Positions 39,908 through 51,000 of a stretch of DNA of 64,000 nt are shown here, piece by piece. Position 1 is the stretch's first letter. Each line of letters begins with the position of its first letter. The notes below the pieces were generated by a model. That model was not told the origin of the DNA. It saw nothing but the letters and a program-made list of their open reading frames with translations, and did no database searches. The translations under genes were made by a program, and so were the position numbers. The DNA comes from Eudoraea algarum (GTDB taxonomy: Bacteria; Bacteroidota; Bacteroidia; Flavobacteriales; Flavobacteriaceae). The stretch spans positions 392,277 to 456,276 of the forward strand of contig NZ_JBNGOQ010000003.1 of assembly GCF_050589645.1 (NCBI RefSeq). The letters run 5' to 3'.

Positions 39908-40896
39908 GATTGAACCTTTCCCTATGCTTTTTTTTTCTTGCCCTTATATGTTTTGGTCAAGAAAATTATGTTACCGTTCATCGGAGCATGAAGCTGATGG
40001 GAAGCAGGTTCGAGATTACAGTGGTAGCGCCCAATGAGGAAATTGGCTATATCAACATCGAAGAGGCCGCCGCGGAAATCACCCGCATAGAAAAAATGAT
40101 ATCTTCTTGGGATGCGGAATCCGAAACTTCCGCAATCAACAAAAATGCCGGTATAAAACCGGTAAAGGTAAGTATGGAACTCTTCAAGCTCATTGAACGT
40201 TCCAAACAAATTTCGGAAATTACCGATGGTGCTTTTGATATATCCTATGCCTCTATGGACAATGTTTGGAAGTTCGATGGGACCATGAAATACCCGCCAA
40301 CGGAGACCGAGATCAAAAGATCCATCGCCAAGATAGGGCATAAAAAAATTATCCTCGATGCAGATGAACATACGGTCTTTCTGAGGCAAAAAGGCATGAA
40401 AATAGGTTTTGGGGCCATTGGGAAAGGGTATGCGGCCGATAGGGCCAAACAACTTTTGGTTTCCAAAAAGGTACGGGCAGGAATTATCAATGCTTCCGGA
40501 GATCTTACCACATGGGGCACCAAGGCCAGTGGGGAAAAGTGGCTTATCGGTATTGCCAATCCCTTGAGCAAGGATAAGATATTTTCGTGGCTCCCCGTCG
40601 TGGAATCCTCGGTGGCCACCTCCGGGAACTATGAAAAATACGTGACCTTTAGGGGACAGAAATATTCGCATATCATCGACCCCAGGACAGGCTATCCCTC
40701 AAAAGGAATCAACAGCGTTTCCATTTTTTCCAAAAGCGCGGAACTATGTGATGCCCTGGCCACTTCGGTATTTATCATGGGAAGGGATGCAGGTATGGCC
40801 CTTATCAATCAGCTTAGGGGTACCGAAGTGATTATCGTGGACAGCGCAAATAAAATTCATAAAAGCAATGGTATCCTGTTCGATAATAATCAGTAA
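39904..40896 (+). CDS. apbE: FAD:protein FMN transferase (ApbE family)
   Basis: ApbE-like sequence throughout (..GFGAIGKGYAADRA..; ..ATSGNYEKY..); overlaps the thioredoxin gene by 4 nt. Confidence 0.75.
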   Translation: MRLNLSLCFFFLALICFGQENYVTVHRSMKLMGSRFEITVVAPNEEIGYINIEEAAAEITRIEKMISSWDAESETSAINKNAGIKPVKVSMELFKLIERSKQISEITDGAFDISYASMDNVWKFDGTMKYPPTETEIKRSIAKIGHKKIILDADEHTVFLRQKGMKIGFGAIGKGYAADRAKQLLVSKKVRAGIINASGDLTTWGTKASGEKWLIGIANPLSKDKIFSWLPVVESSVATSGNYEKYVTFRGQKYSHIIDPRTGYPSKGINSVSIFSKSAELCDALATSVFIMGRDAGMALINQLRGTEVIIVDSANKIHKSNGILFDNNQ

Positions 40897-41116
40897 TTTT
40901 AAAAGGATGAAGAAATTGGTATTGCTATTGGTCCTTGCCGTTTTTTGCACCTCCTGCGTTGTGGTCAAAGAATACGAGAAGGTGTATATTAACGATGACG
41001 AGATGTTGCTTTCCGCCAAAGGCACAGAACGATTTGAAACCAATTTTCAAATCTACCGGGAAGCGGCTTCGGGAGCCAATGGAGGAAAAACAGGGGGTGG
41101 TTGTGGCTGTAATTAA
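40868..41116 (+). CDS. DUF4266-like small lipoprotein (C-terminal GGGCGCN)
   Basis: Lipobox VFCTSC; conserved C-terminal GGC motif; overlaps apbE by 29 nt. Confidence 0.5.
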   Translation: MVSCSIIISNFKRMKKLVLLLVLAVFCTSCVVVKEYEKVYINDDEMLLSAKGTERFETNFQIYREAASGANGGKTGGGCGCN

Positions 41117-42404
41117 GCACGTAAAAGGGAAATTACCCCTGGGCGTCCTGCTGTTCATTTCTTACCTGGGTTTCTCTCAGGCGGGCCAGCAGACCTATAC
41201 CACTAGGGTCTTGGAAGCTGCGGAAATTGATCTGTTGTTCAGCTATTATGATCAGGACGGGCAGAATGCGGCCGTAACCGGGGGAGAAGGTACCGAAGAA
41301 CTTACGGATGCAACCTCGAGCATCGTTGTAAAAATACCCATGAATGCAAATGACGTGCTTACCGTAGATGTGGGCATATCTGCCTATACCTCGGCCTCAT
41401 CAAGCAATGTAAACCCACTGGATGGCAATGCCAACGACCCAGTAAGTCCGTTCATCGCCTCTTCGGGGGCATCCAGGAAGGATCAACTGGCCTATTTTAA
41501 ACCTTCGTATCAGCACAGTTCTTCTGACCGCAACACCTTGTGGACAGCCAACGCCTACGTCTCCAACGAATATGACTACTTCTCCATAGGTTTTGGTGCG
41601 GGGTATACGCGCTTGTTCAATGAAAGAAACACCGAGCTCGGGATAAGTGCCCAAGTATATCTGGACAAATGGAATTCGCAGTATCCGATAGAGTTAAGGG
41701 GTGTTTTTTTTGATGACCGAATTACCGGCAATGGAACGTATAATCCACAATTCACTGAATTTCAGGATGAAACACGTAATTCCTACAGCATATCCCTTAG
41801 TTTTTCCCAAATTTTGGGGAAACGGTGGCAGGGTGCTTTGTTTGCGGATATTGTATCCCAGAACGGTTTGTTGAGCACGCCCTTTCAACGGGTTTATTTT
41901 GGTGATGTGGAAGATTTCTTTATAGACGACTTCCAGTTGGCGGATGATGTGGAACGTCTTCCCGATAGCCGCTTTAAGTTGCCCATTGGGGGCCGATTGA
42001 ACTATTATTTGAACGATGTAGTGGTCCTACGGGGGTATTACAGATATTATATGGACAATTGGGGGATACACGGGCATACCGCCAGTTTGGAAGCACCCAT
42101 AAAATTAAGTGATAAGTTTACACTGTACCCCAGTTATCGGTATTATACGCAGACCGCTGCCGATTACTTCTTCAGTAAGGAAGGGGCTGTATCCACCCTG
42201 GAATTTTATACCTCGGACTACGACCTGTCTGCCTACGATGCCAATCAATACGGTATGGGTATCCGATACAAGGATATTTTTGCCAACACCAAACTTTTCT
42301 CTTTTGGGCTCAAAACTATCGATCTTCGAGTAAACCAATACGACCGTAGCGATGGGCTAAGTGCTTTTATTGTTACCCTGGGCACTACTTTTGTAGGAAA
42401 TTAA
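41079..42404 (+). CDS. DUF3570-like protein (predicted outer-membrane beta-barrel). The ORF-track start at 40935 overlaps the DUF4266 gene out of frame; the likely start is 41079.
   Basis: Signal-like LPLGVLLFISYLGFSQA; alternating beta-strand pattern; C-terminal aromatic residue. Confidence 0.5.
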   Translation: MEEKQGVVVAVIKHVKGKLPLGVLLFISYLGFSQAGQQTYTTRVLEAAEIDLLFSYYDQDGQNAAVTGGEGTEELTDATSSIVVKIPMNANDVLTVDVGISAYTSASSSNVNPLDGNANDPVSPFIASSGASRKDQLAYFKPSYQHSSSDRNTLWTANAYVSNEYDYFSIGFGAGYTRLFNERNTELGISAQVYLDKWNSQYPIELRGVFFDDRITGNGTYNPQFTEFQDETRNSYSISLSFSQILGKRWQGALFADIVSQNGLLSTPFQRVYFGDVEDFFIDDFQLADDVERLPDSRFKLPIGGRLNYYLNDVVVLRGYYRYYMDNWGIHGHTASLEAPIKLSDKFTLYPSYRYYTQTAADYFFSKEGAVSTLEFYTSDYDLSAYDANQYGMGIRYKDIFANTKLFSFGLKTIDLRVNQYDRSDGLSAFIVTLGTTFVGN

Positions 42405-42520
42405 CATCTTCCCGACCCCGTAAGATCGGACGCACAAAACCAAGGGTTTTTCTTAGGCGGTTCGGATCTGCTTGAAGCTATAAAAAAATCGTAAATTCGC
42501 AATCCAAGTGTAGATCGCAT

Positions 42521-43597
42521 ATGTTAGATAAATTAAACATTGTAAAACAACGTTTCGATGAGGTGTCGGACCTCATTATCCAACCCGATATCATATCGGA
42601 CCAGAAACGCTATGTACAGTTGAACAAGGAATATAAGGATCTCAAGGTCCTTGTGGACAAACGTACACAATACGTGGAGCTGACGGATAATATTAGCGAG
42701 GCAGAGGAAATAATTTCGGACGGAAGCGATGCCGAGATGTTGGAAATGGCCAAAATGCAGTTGGAAGAGGCCAAAGCGGCCTTACCCGTTCTGGAAGAGG
42801 AAATAAAATTTTTACTGATTCCCAAAGATCCTGAGGACGCCAAGAACGTGGTGGTAGAGATACGCGCGGGCACAGGGGGAGACGAGGCCAGTATTTTTGC
42901 CGGCGATCTGTTCCGCATGTATACCAAATATTGTGAGTCCAAAGGATGGAAAACGAATGTGATCGATCTTAGCGAGGGTACCAGTGGTGGATTTAAGGAA
43001 ATACAATTCGAGGTAAGCGGAGAGGACGTGTACGGTACCTTAAAATTTGAGGCCGGAGTACATCGGGTGCAGCGCGTACCACAGACTGAGACACAGGGTA
43101 GGGTACATACCAGCGCAGCAACGGTCATGGTGCTTCCGGAAGCCGAAGATTTTGACGTGCAGATAGATCCCAAGGATGTGCGGATAGATTTTTTCTGTTC
43201 CTCAGGTCCTGGCGGGCAGTCGGTAAACACGACCTATTCAGCGGTACGTCTTACCCATGTCCCCACAGGTTTGGTAGCGCAGTGCCAAGACCAAAAGTCG
43301 CAACATAAAAATAAGGAAAAGGCCTTTAAGGTATTGCGATCGCGGCTCTATGATCAGGAACTGGCAAAAAAACAGGAAGAGGATGCCGCCAAACGAAACT
43401 CCCAAGTAAGCAGTGGCGATCGTTCGGCAAAAATTAGAACCTACAACTACCCACAGGGCAGGGTTACGGACCATCGAATAGGACTTACCCTTTATGATCT
43501 GACCAACATTGTTAACGGGGATATTCAAAAGATTATCGATGAGCTGATGCTTGTAGAAAATACCGAAAAACTAAAGGAGGCCTCGGAAATTTTTTGA
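42521..43597 (+). CDS. prfA: Peptide chain release factor 1
   Basis: GGQ motif ([11 protein letters not shown]) and RF1-type PQT tripeptide region ([18 protein letters not shown]). Confidence 0.85.
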   Translation: MLDKLNIVKQRFDEVSDLIIQPDIISDQKRYVQLNKEYKDLKVLVDKRTQYVELTDNISEAEEIISDGSDAEMLEMAKMQLEEAKAALPVLEEEIKFLLIPKDPEDAKNVVVEIRAGTGGDEASIFAGDLFRMYTKYCESKGWKTNVIDLSEGTSGGFKEIQFEVSGEDVYGTLKFEAGVHRVQRVPQTETQGRVHTSAATVMVLPEAEDFDVQIDPKDVRIDFFCSSGPGGQSVNTTYSAVRLTHVPTGLVAQCQDQKSQHKNKEKAFKVLRSRLYDQELAKKQEEDAAKRNSQVSSGDRSAKIRTYNYPQGRVTDHRIGLTLYDLTNIVNGDIQKIIDELMLVENTEKLKEASEIF

Positions 43598-43626
43598 TGA
43601 CTCAGACCACTTAGCAGGAAGACAAA

Positions 43627-44448
43627 ATGACCACCCAGTTTTTAACAGCACAGATCCGGAAAAAAAAGTCCTTTCTCTGTATTGGTTTGGATACCGACCT
43701 GGACAAGGTGCCGGAACACCTCTTGGACGAAGAGGATCCCCTATTTGCTTTTAACAAAGCCATTATCGACGCCACACATGAGCTGTGTGTTGCCTATAAG
43801 CCCAATATTGCCTTTTACGAGGCTTACGGACTTAAGGGCTGGAAGGCCCTGGAGAAGACCATGGCCTATTTGAATACAAACCATCCCGGAATATTTACCA
43901 TTGCCGACGCCAAACGCGGGGACATTGGCAATACATCCACAAGGTATGCCCAGGCTTTTTTTGGGAATCTGGATTTTGATGCCTTGACCATCGCGCCCTA
44001 TATGGGCAAGGACTCCGTGGAGCCATTTTTGGCCTTTGAAGATAAGCATACCATTCTCTTGGCATTGACGTCCAATGTCGGAGCTTTTGATTTTCAAACA
44101 AAAAATAGCAACGGTAGGGAGCTGTACAAGGAAGTTCTGGAGACCTCCAAGACCTATAGCCATGCCGAACGCCTTATGTACGTGGTAGGTGCAACCAAGG
44201 CATCCTATTTGTCCGAGATTAGGCAAATTGTACCCGAAAGCTTTTTATTGGTGCCGGGTATTGGGGCACAAGGGGGAAGTCTAAAGGAAGTATGTCATTT
44301 TGGTATGACCGAGGATGTAGGACTGCTGATCAACTCTTCGCGTGCTATCATCTACGCCTCCAAAGGAATGGATTTCGCAGAGGCCGCGGCAGAAAAAGCC
44401 CGGGAGGTGCAAAAAGAAATGGCGACAGAGCTGGGGCGGCTAGCTTGA
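43627..44448 (+). CDS. pyrF: Orotidine 5'-phosphate decarboxylase (type 2)
   Basis: LCIGLDTDL...[11 protein letters not shown] motifs. Confidence 0.8.
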   Translation: MTTQFLTAQIRKKKSFLCIGLDTDLDKVPEHLLDEEDPLFAFNKAIIDATHELCVAYKPNIAFYEAYGLKGWKALEKTMAYLNTNHPGIFTIADAKRGDIGNTSTRYAQAFFGNLDFDALTIAPYMGKDSVEPFLAFEDKHTILLALTSNVGAFDFQTKNSNGRELYKEVLETSKTYSHAERLMYVVGATKASYLSEIRQIVPESFLLVPGIGAQGGSLKEVCHFGMTEDVGLLINSSRAIIYASKGMDFAEAAAEKAREVQKEMATELGRLA

Positions 44449-44451
44449 TGT

Positions 44452-44718
44452 CTACACCAAACTTTCCAGGACTTTCTTGATTTTTTGTGCCTTTTGTTCA
44501 AAGAATTCACCCAACTGGGTATCCGTATATTTAATGCTTGATGCCTTCTCCATAAAACTTTGATATTGGTATTCCAAAAGGGTTATGGCGTGTGCCCCGG
44601 AAGTTATCGGTGTAACGGTTCCTACTCTACAATACTGCTTTTCCATAGTCAAAAACTTTGTTCTTACAAATATACGACCGTATCGGGGTTTTAGATGTTG
44701 GTGTAAGGGTGTATTCAC
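44452..44718 (-). CDS. Hypothetical small protein
   Basis: ORF only. Confidence 0.2.
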   Translation of the reverse strand: MNTPLHQHLKPRYGRIFVRTKFLTMEKQYCRVGTVTPITSGAHAITLLEYQYQSFMEKASSIKYTDTQLGEFFEQKAQKIKKVLESLV

Positions 44719-44976
44719 CTAAAAACCAGGTGTTTTATCTAATTTTTAACAAAAAGACAAAGAAATTGGCAACCGCTTTGGAAGATATTCCACTGCCGTC
44801 CGGTGCGATTCGGTATAACAATATCCTCTATTCCTGTCCGAAATCTGGTCCCAAGTGTTTTCAAAACCACACCCCATTGGGCATGTTCAAGTTCCTTTTC
44901 AGGGATAATTATTTAACAAAAGTGTCTCGGTAGTAGTGTTCAAAATCAGTATCTTACCTATACAAAAACACTTGGA

Positions 44977-45486
44977 ATGATGAAAAAATACGTAAGCCTT
45001 TCACTTTTTCTTTTTTTTGGATTTTTAGTACATGCGCAAAGCGATGCATGCGCCTGTTGTACCGAAGATCATACCGCCTTTGACTTTTGGGTAGGGGATT
45101 GGGAGGTCACCAAGACCGACGGTTCCGCAGCCGGAAAGAATACCATTGAAAAAATAGAGGGTAGTTGTGTGCTAAGGGAGAATTGGACCAGCGCCAATGG
45201 GAACTATACCGGTACCAGCTATAACTTTTTTAATCTTAGTACCAAACAATGGGAGCAATTGTGGATAGACAATGCTGGGAATCATCTAAAATTAAAAGGG
45301 AATAGGATAGATAACCATATGATACTTTCATCGGACGAGTTTACCCACACGGATGGGAAGGTCTACAAGAACAGAATTACCTGGACGTTGAACGAGGATG
45401 GTAGCGTGCGGCAACTTTGGGAAGTCCTTCAGGGCAATGAAGTAGCGAGTGTTGCTTTTGATGGCTTGTATAGAAAAAAAGGATAG
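44977..45486 (+). CDS. Secreted hypothetical protein
   Basis: Signal peptide MMKKYVSLSLFLFFGFLVHAQ. Confidence 0.4.
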   Translation: MMKKYVSLSLFLFFGFLVHAQSDACACCTEDHTAFDFWVGDWEVTKTDGSAAGKNTIEKIEGSCVLRENWTSANGNYTGTSYNFFNLSTKQWEQLWIDNAGNHLKLKGNRIDNHMILSSDEFTHTDGKVYKNRITWTLNEDGSVRQLWEVLQGNEVASVAFDGLYRKKG

Positions 45487-45505
45487 CCCAACGATTATGG
45501 ATCAG

Positions 45506-45711
45506 TGAATGTAAATTGCAGCTCCGAATGACTTTGATAGCTAATTCAAATAATTACTCTAAAAAATGAGACAGAAGTTTTTTTAGAACATGTTCCGGAG
45601 CTGCTTTACATTTATTAGGTTACTTATCTCAAAGTAACATACTCTTTGCATACGTTGGGGAAAGGCTTATCAAGATTTACCGTTCCGATAAAAGTTTACG
45701 TTACGTTTACC
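45506..45711. repeat. Copy A of a ~210-bp repeat family (internal IR GTAAATTGCAGCTCC...GGAGCTGCTTTACATTT; conserved CAAAGTAACA and TTCCGATAAAAGTTTACGTT blocks), abutting the left edge of the GC-rich SusCD block
   Basis: About 75-80% identity to copy C over about 200 bp, same orientation. Confidence 0.65.
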
Positions 45712-45790
45712 AAAAACCTTCCGTTTGTCGAGAATTTTGGAGGTTAAGCGCCGTTACTCCGCTATACATGGACTTTTCAAGCGATGCAAA

Positions 45791-46480
45791 TCACGACGCT
45801 TTGAAATAGAAATCGAGCAGTTTTACCAGGTCCTCCCTTTTGTAGGGGTCCAGTTTCTGTTTTTTGATGTGCTTTTCCATTTCCCCGGCCCGTTCCCCGA
45901 ACAGGGGCACCAGGTTCTTCCGCTTGCGGGGCAGTTCCACCACCTCGCCCTCGGGGCCCAGCCCCTGGAGGTAGAAACGGGCGCCCTCGCGCTTGAACTT
46001 GGCGGGCACGTCCTGTTCGTAGCTGCTCTTGGCGGGCTTCTTGGGCACGAACTTGATGTTCTCCTTGAAATAGAGCGTGTAGCCCTCGCCGCGGTGCAGC
46101 CTTTCGAAGAAGGTGGTCTGCAGTTTTCCGCGCTCGTCCCTGTAGGGCCTGGTCTCGAACCAGCGGCCGGAGCCGTCCAACAGGGCTATGCGGTAGGGGG
46201 TGGAGCGGTCCAGTCCCATGACCTCGCCGTTCTCCCTCTTGATCTCGATGCTGTTCTCCACCACGTTGAAGCGCAGCAGCTGTACCTTTTCCATGCCGTT
46301 TATGCGGGCCGACACGAACTCCTCCAGGAGGTAGCGCGAGCCCTCGGCCTCGTCGTAGATCGGGTTGTTGGTGCCCACGAAGAAGGCGAGCTCGTTGAAG
46401 GTCTCGTTGTTGGGCCGCTGTATCTGCCCCTGGGCCGAAAGGCCTGCAAGGCACAGGGCAAGGAGGATCGTTCTTTTCAT
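45791..46480 (-). CDS. Secreted hypothetical protein (K/E-rich), last gene of the GC-rich SusC-SusD operon
   Basis: Signal peptide MKRTILLALCLAGLSAQ; the longer overlapping ORFs on both strands are high-GC artefacts. Confidence 0.45.
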   Translation of the reverse strand: MKRTILLALCLAGLSAQGQIQRPNNETFNELAFFVGTNNPIYDEAEGSRYLLEEFVSARINGMEKVQLLRFNVVENSIEIKRENGEVMGLDRSTPYRIALLDGSGRWFETRPYRDERGKLQTTFFERLHRGEGYTLYFKENIKFVPKKPAKSSYEQDVPAKFKREGARFYLQGLGPEGEVVELPRKRKNLVPLFGERAGEMEKHIKKQKLDPYKREDLVKLLDFYFKAS

Positions 46481-46565
46481 ATCTAGATCGGTTTAGGGTT
46501 AAAATATAGGGACCACCAAAAACCGTGCCTTGGTGGTCCCATTCCTATATCAGTTCCGCTAGCTC

Positions 46566-47996
46566 CTAGAAGGTTCCGGGATTCTGCGTGATGTTCGGAT
46601 TGTTGGTGGTCTCATCGTCCACGATGGGGAAGATCACCTTGTCCGCACCGGGTGCCGACTCGGGACCGCCACCTGGGCGAAGGTTCAGGCCGTTCCTCAA
46701 GAGGTCCATCCTACGGTGGCCCTCGAAACAGAGTTCCTTCCTTCTTTCCAGACTGATGGCGTCAAGGTCCAGATTGCCCGCGGTAAGGTCGGCAAGGCCG
46801 GCCCTGCTACGCAGCGTGTTGATGTCGGCCAGGGGCGTGGCGCCCACAGAGGTGCCTGCCCTAAAATTGGCCTCGGCCCTGTTCAGGTACATCTCCGTGA
46901 CCCTTACCCCCATACCATCGGAGGCATTGTCCACCACATCGTTGTACTTGGTGGTGAAGAAGGTATTGTTGCCCCCTGCATCGGTGGCCGCTACGGACAG
47001 TTCGTCGAACCTTCTGTCCCCGGGCTCTGCATTAAAGGCATCGATCAGGTCCTGGCTAAAGGGCGCATCGCCCCGTCCTCCGGGGGAGGCGTTGTAAAAG
47101 TTCACGTACACCTCGTCGGAACCCGGTACCGATTCGTCCTGGGGACCGTCGGTCGGGGTATTGATCACCACGAACAGGTGCTCCGAGGAGGTTTCCGCGT
47201 TGTTATAGAAATCGTAGTTGGCCGCCAAGGGGTGGTTGCCCGCCGCGATCACCTGGTTGGCCAGATCGGCCGCCCCGGCCCAGTTCTCCCTGTAGAGGTA
47301 CAACCTGGACAAAAGACCCTGGGCAGAAGCCTGCTCGGCCCGCTCGCCGTTGTCCACCGGAAGGTCCGCTATGGCGTCCAAAAGGTCCTGCTCTATAAAA
47401 GCGTGCACCTCGTTCACCGTGGAACGCTCCAATTGGAACTCGGATATCTCGCCCCCTTCGAAGGGCTGCGAAACGATCGGTACCCCAAGGTTGGTGCCCC
47501 CGCTGAACTGGTAGGGCTGTGCAAAGAGGTTCACCAATTGGAAATAAGTGTACGCACGTAGGAACTTGGCCTCGGCTACGAATACGGCTTTTGTGGCCTC
47601 ATCCAGCCCGTTGATCTCCGCCGGATCTACGGGCGGAAGGTTCACGATTACATTGTTGGCGGCCCCGATCAGTTCATAGGCATCCAACCAGATGTTGTCT
47701 ATCGTCGTATTGGTGGCCAGGGTCTCGAACTGGTCCACTTCCTGGAGTGAAGGGAAACTTCCCACGAAATTCACGTTGTCCGACATGAAGTCCGACATCA
47801 GCTGCGGATTCCCGTTCAGGTCACCGCTCTGGTTCTTACTGTAGACCCCGACGACGGCACCGTTGATCGTGGCAAAGGTGCTGAAGATTGTACTGGAGGC
47901 CACATTGTTCTCCGCAACCACGTCCAATCGGTCCTCGCACGAAACGATCATGAGAAGTCCAAAGAGTGCTGCTATTGCTTTATTTGTTTTTTTCAT
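46566..47996 (-). CDS. susD: RagB/SusD family nutrient-uptake outer-membrane lipoprotein
   Basis: Lipobox MIVSCED; SusD-like length and TPR-like N-terminal region; directly downstream of susC. Confidence 0.8.
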   Translation of the reverse strand: MKKTNKAIAALFGLLMIVSCEDRLDVVAENNVASSTIFSTFATINGAVVGVYSKNQSGDLNGNPQLMSDFMSDNVNFVGSFPSLQEVDQFETLATNTTIDNIWLDAYELIGAANNVIVNLPPVDPAEINGLDEATKAVFVAEAKFLRAYTYFQLVNLFAQPYQFSGGTNLGVPIVSQPFEGGEISEFQLERSTVNEVHAFIEQDLLDAIADLPVDNGERAEQASAQGLLSRLYLYRENWAGAADLANQVIAAGNHPLAANYDFYNNAETSSEHLFVVINTPTDGPQDESVPGSDEVYVNFYNASPGGRGDAPFSQDLIDAFNAEPGDRRFDELSVAATDAGGNNTFFTTKYNDVVDNASDGMGVRVTEMYLNRAEANFRAGTSVGATPLADINTLRSRAGLADLTAGNLDLDAISLERRKELCFEGHRRMDLLRNGLNLRPGGGPESAPGADKVIFPIVDDETTNNPNITQNPGTF

Positions 47997-48010
47997 TGCT
48001 CTATTTTTTA

Positions 48011-51000
48011 TTAAAATGTTAAACGTGCCCCGAACGAATAGGACTTGGCCTGTGGTGCGGTAAAGAATGTTTCTCCTTGGAACAAGGGATCGATATCATC
48101 GGTCACCTCGGGGTCTATCCCGTCCAGTTCGTCCCCTTTAATGGTGAATAGGTTGGTTGCCGTGGCATAGAGCCTAAGCCCGGTAATGAAACCGCCAAGT
48201 CTTTCCAGGGCCTTCTCGGGAAGGTTGTACCCCAGGGTGATGTTCTTGATCCTCAGATAGGAGCCGTCCAACTGCTGCTGGGTAGAACGCTGGTTGAACA
48301 AGTTAAAGGTAGAACTGTTTGGGCTTGGCAAAAAGGCGTTGTCGCCCGGCTGCCTCCAGATGTTCAGGTTCTGCCTCCTGATGTTCACTATGCCCCCGAT
48401 GGCGTCGTTACCGTCGGCAAAACGAAGGCCGTCAATTACTATTTCATTACCATAGGAGTAGTTCATCAGTACGGACAGGTCAAAGTCCTTGTACTTGAAG
48501 GTATTGGTCATACCCCCTGAGAAATCGGGAAGCGGGCTTCCCGTGACCACACGGTCTCCCGAGCCTGGATTAGTGGTAATGTTTCCATTGGCATCCAACC
48601 ATTCGGCGTCCCCGGTCTGGGAGTTGATGCCCACGTAACGGATCAGGTAGAAGTTGTTCAGGGATTCCCCTTCGATGGCCCTTTGAATGGCCCCGTCGAT
48701 GATCCTCCTGCCCTGTGGGTCCGTCGCGGCGTCCTCGTTGAGACGGAGCACCTTATTCTCTATCGTGGTCAGGTTGAAGTTGGTACGCCACTCGAAGTTC
48801 TCGGAGCGTACGTTAACCGTGCTCAGTTCAAACTCCCAACCTTTGTTCTCCATCTCGCCGATGTTCCTGCTGATCGAGGTAAAACCGGTCTGTGGTGGCA
48901 ATATCTGGTTCAGCAAAAGGTCGCTGGTGGTCTTCTTGAAGTACGAGGCGTTGAAATTGATGCGCCCGTTCAAAAAGGTCGATTTGATACCGATGTCCAG
49001 CGTCTCACTTTCCTCCCATTTGATGTCCGCATTTTCAGGTTGGTTGGGTACGGCCCCGGATTCCCCGTTGTAGTCCCCGAAACCTCCGATACTGAAGAGC
49101 CCGAGCGATGGGAAGGTCCCCAAGCGGTCGTTACCCACCGTACCGATACTGGCCCGGACGGAGAGATAGTCAATAAAGTCGATGTCCTGGACAAAGGGTT
49201 CCTCGGAGATTACCCAGCCCGCGGCCGCGGACCAGAAGTACCCGAAACGCACATCTGGCTGGAAACGGGAGGACCCGTCACGTCTTATGGATCCCTCCAC
49301 AAGGTACTTGCCCTTGTAGTCATAGGATACCCTGGAAAAGAGCCCGAAAAGGCGGGTCGGGAAACGGTCCCCGTTCAATACGGTGGCCGTAGCCCCTGCG
49401 CCGAGGTTCCTAAGGACATCGTCCAAAAATCCGGTCGCGGAAACGTTCAATCTGGACCTGAGGGTCTCCTCATAGTTCAGTCCGAGAAGAACCGATAGGT
49501 TGTGGTCCTCACCATAGGTGTCGGAGTAGTTTATCGTCTGGTTGGTAAGATATCTTTCCTCCCTTACGCTCACTACCTGTGCCGATCCACCGGGCGTGTT
49601 GAAGTCCGCATTTCTAAGTGTTTCTTCAAGGTCGAGCCTGTCGATACCGAACTCGGAACGCCAGGTAAGCCCCTCGATAGGGGTGATCTCGGTATAGGCG
49701 TTCCCGATTACACGAAAGGTCTTCAGCTCGTCCGTGTTCAGGGCCACCCTCGCAAAGATGTTCGGGATAAAGGAGCCCGACTGCGCGAAGTTGCCCTCGT
49801 CGTCAAAGGCCGCTACCACCGGGCTCTGAAGGAAGGCTGTTGTGAAGGGTGCGTTGATACTGTTCTCCACACTTACCCTGTTGAGGCGGTTGTTGGTGAC
49901 CCCCAGGTTCATCCCGACCTTCAGCCATTCCTGGACGTCCGAATCGATGTTGATCCGCGCCCCGGCCCGTTGCTGGTCGTTGCCGATGATAAAGCCTTGG
50001 GTGTCCTGGTAGTCCATACCAAAGAAGAAGCTGGTCTTCTCGCCACCGCCCCTTACGCCAAGGTTGTAGTTTTGTGATACGCCCGTGCGCTGTACCCCGC
50101 CGAGCCAGTCCGTCCCCCCGGAACCGATGGCGCCAAGGCCAAGGGATTCTGGTGTTACCGTGGTGCCGCCGTTCTGTATGGTGGCCACTTCCGACTTGAA
50201 CTGTCGGAACTCGTCCGCGGTCAGGATGTCCGGAACGTCGGTAGACTGCGAGTACTGTGTGCTCACGTCAAAGGTCACCTGGGCGGCGGAGTTCCTGCGG
50301 CCCTTCTTGGTGGTGATCAGGATTACCCCGTTGGCGCCCCTGGACCCGTAGATCGAGGTCGCACCGGCATCCTTAAGTACGGTGAGCGACTGGATGTCGT
50401 TCGGGTTCACGTAGGAGAGCGGGTTGATCCCGGTGTTCCCCCCACGGTTGAGCGTGTTGCCCGCGGTATCGGTGATGGGCACCCCATCGATCACGATAAG
50501 GGGCTGGCTACCCGCGTTGATCGAGTTTACGCCCCGTACACGTATAACGGCGGCAGAACCGAGAACACCCGAGGCGTTCACGATCTGGGTACCGGCGCTC
50601 TGCCCCTGTAGGAGCTGATCGGCCGAGACCACCTGGAGGTTCTCAATGGCCTCCTCTTTTACGATACCGATGTTCTGGATAATCTTTTTCTCCTCTTGGT
50701 TACCGTAACCAATAACGACCACCTCTTCCAAGGCCTCCGCATCTTCCTGCATCGTTACATTGATGACATCCGAAGCGCCTACAGTGCGCTCAACGGTTGT
50801 TTGTCCTAAATAGGAATAAACAAGAACATCCCCTGAGCTTGCCTGGATAGCATAGTTGCCATCAAAATCAGTTTGTGTTCCCGTGGAAGTTCCTTTTACC
50901 ACAATGTTCACCCCAGGTAAGGGTAAGCCTCCTTCATCCGTAACGGTACCGGAAACTGTTTTTTCTTGTGCATATGCCATAGACATCCCAAATAGGAATA

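Noticed and set aside
40935-41078. N-terminal 48 codons of the ORF-track call for the DUF3570-like gene
   Set aside because: Overlaps the DUF4266-like gene out of frame and encodes a Cys/Arg/Pro-rich, non-protein-like peptide; the signal peptide begins after Met 41079.
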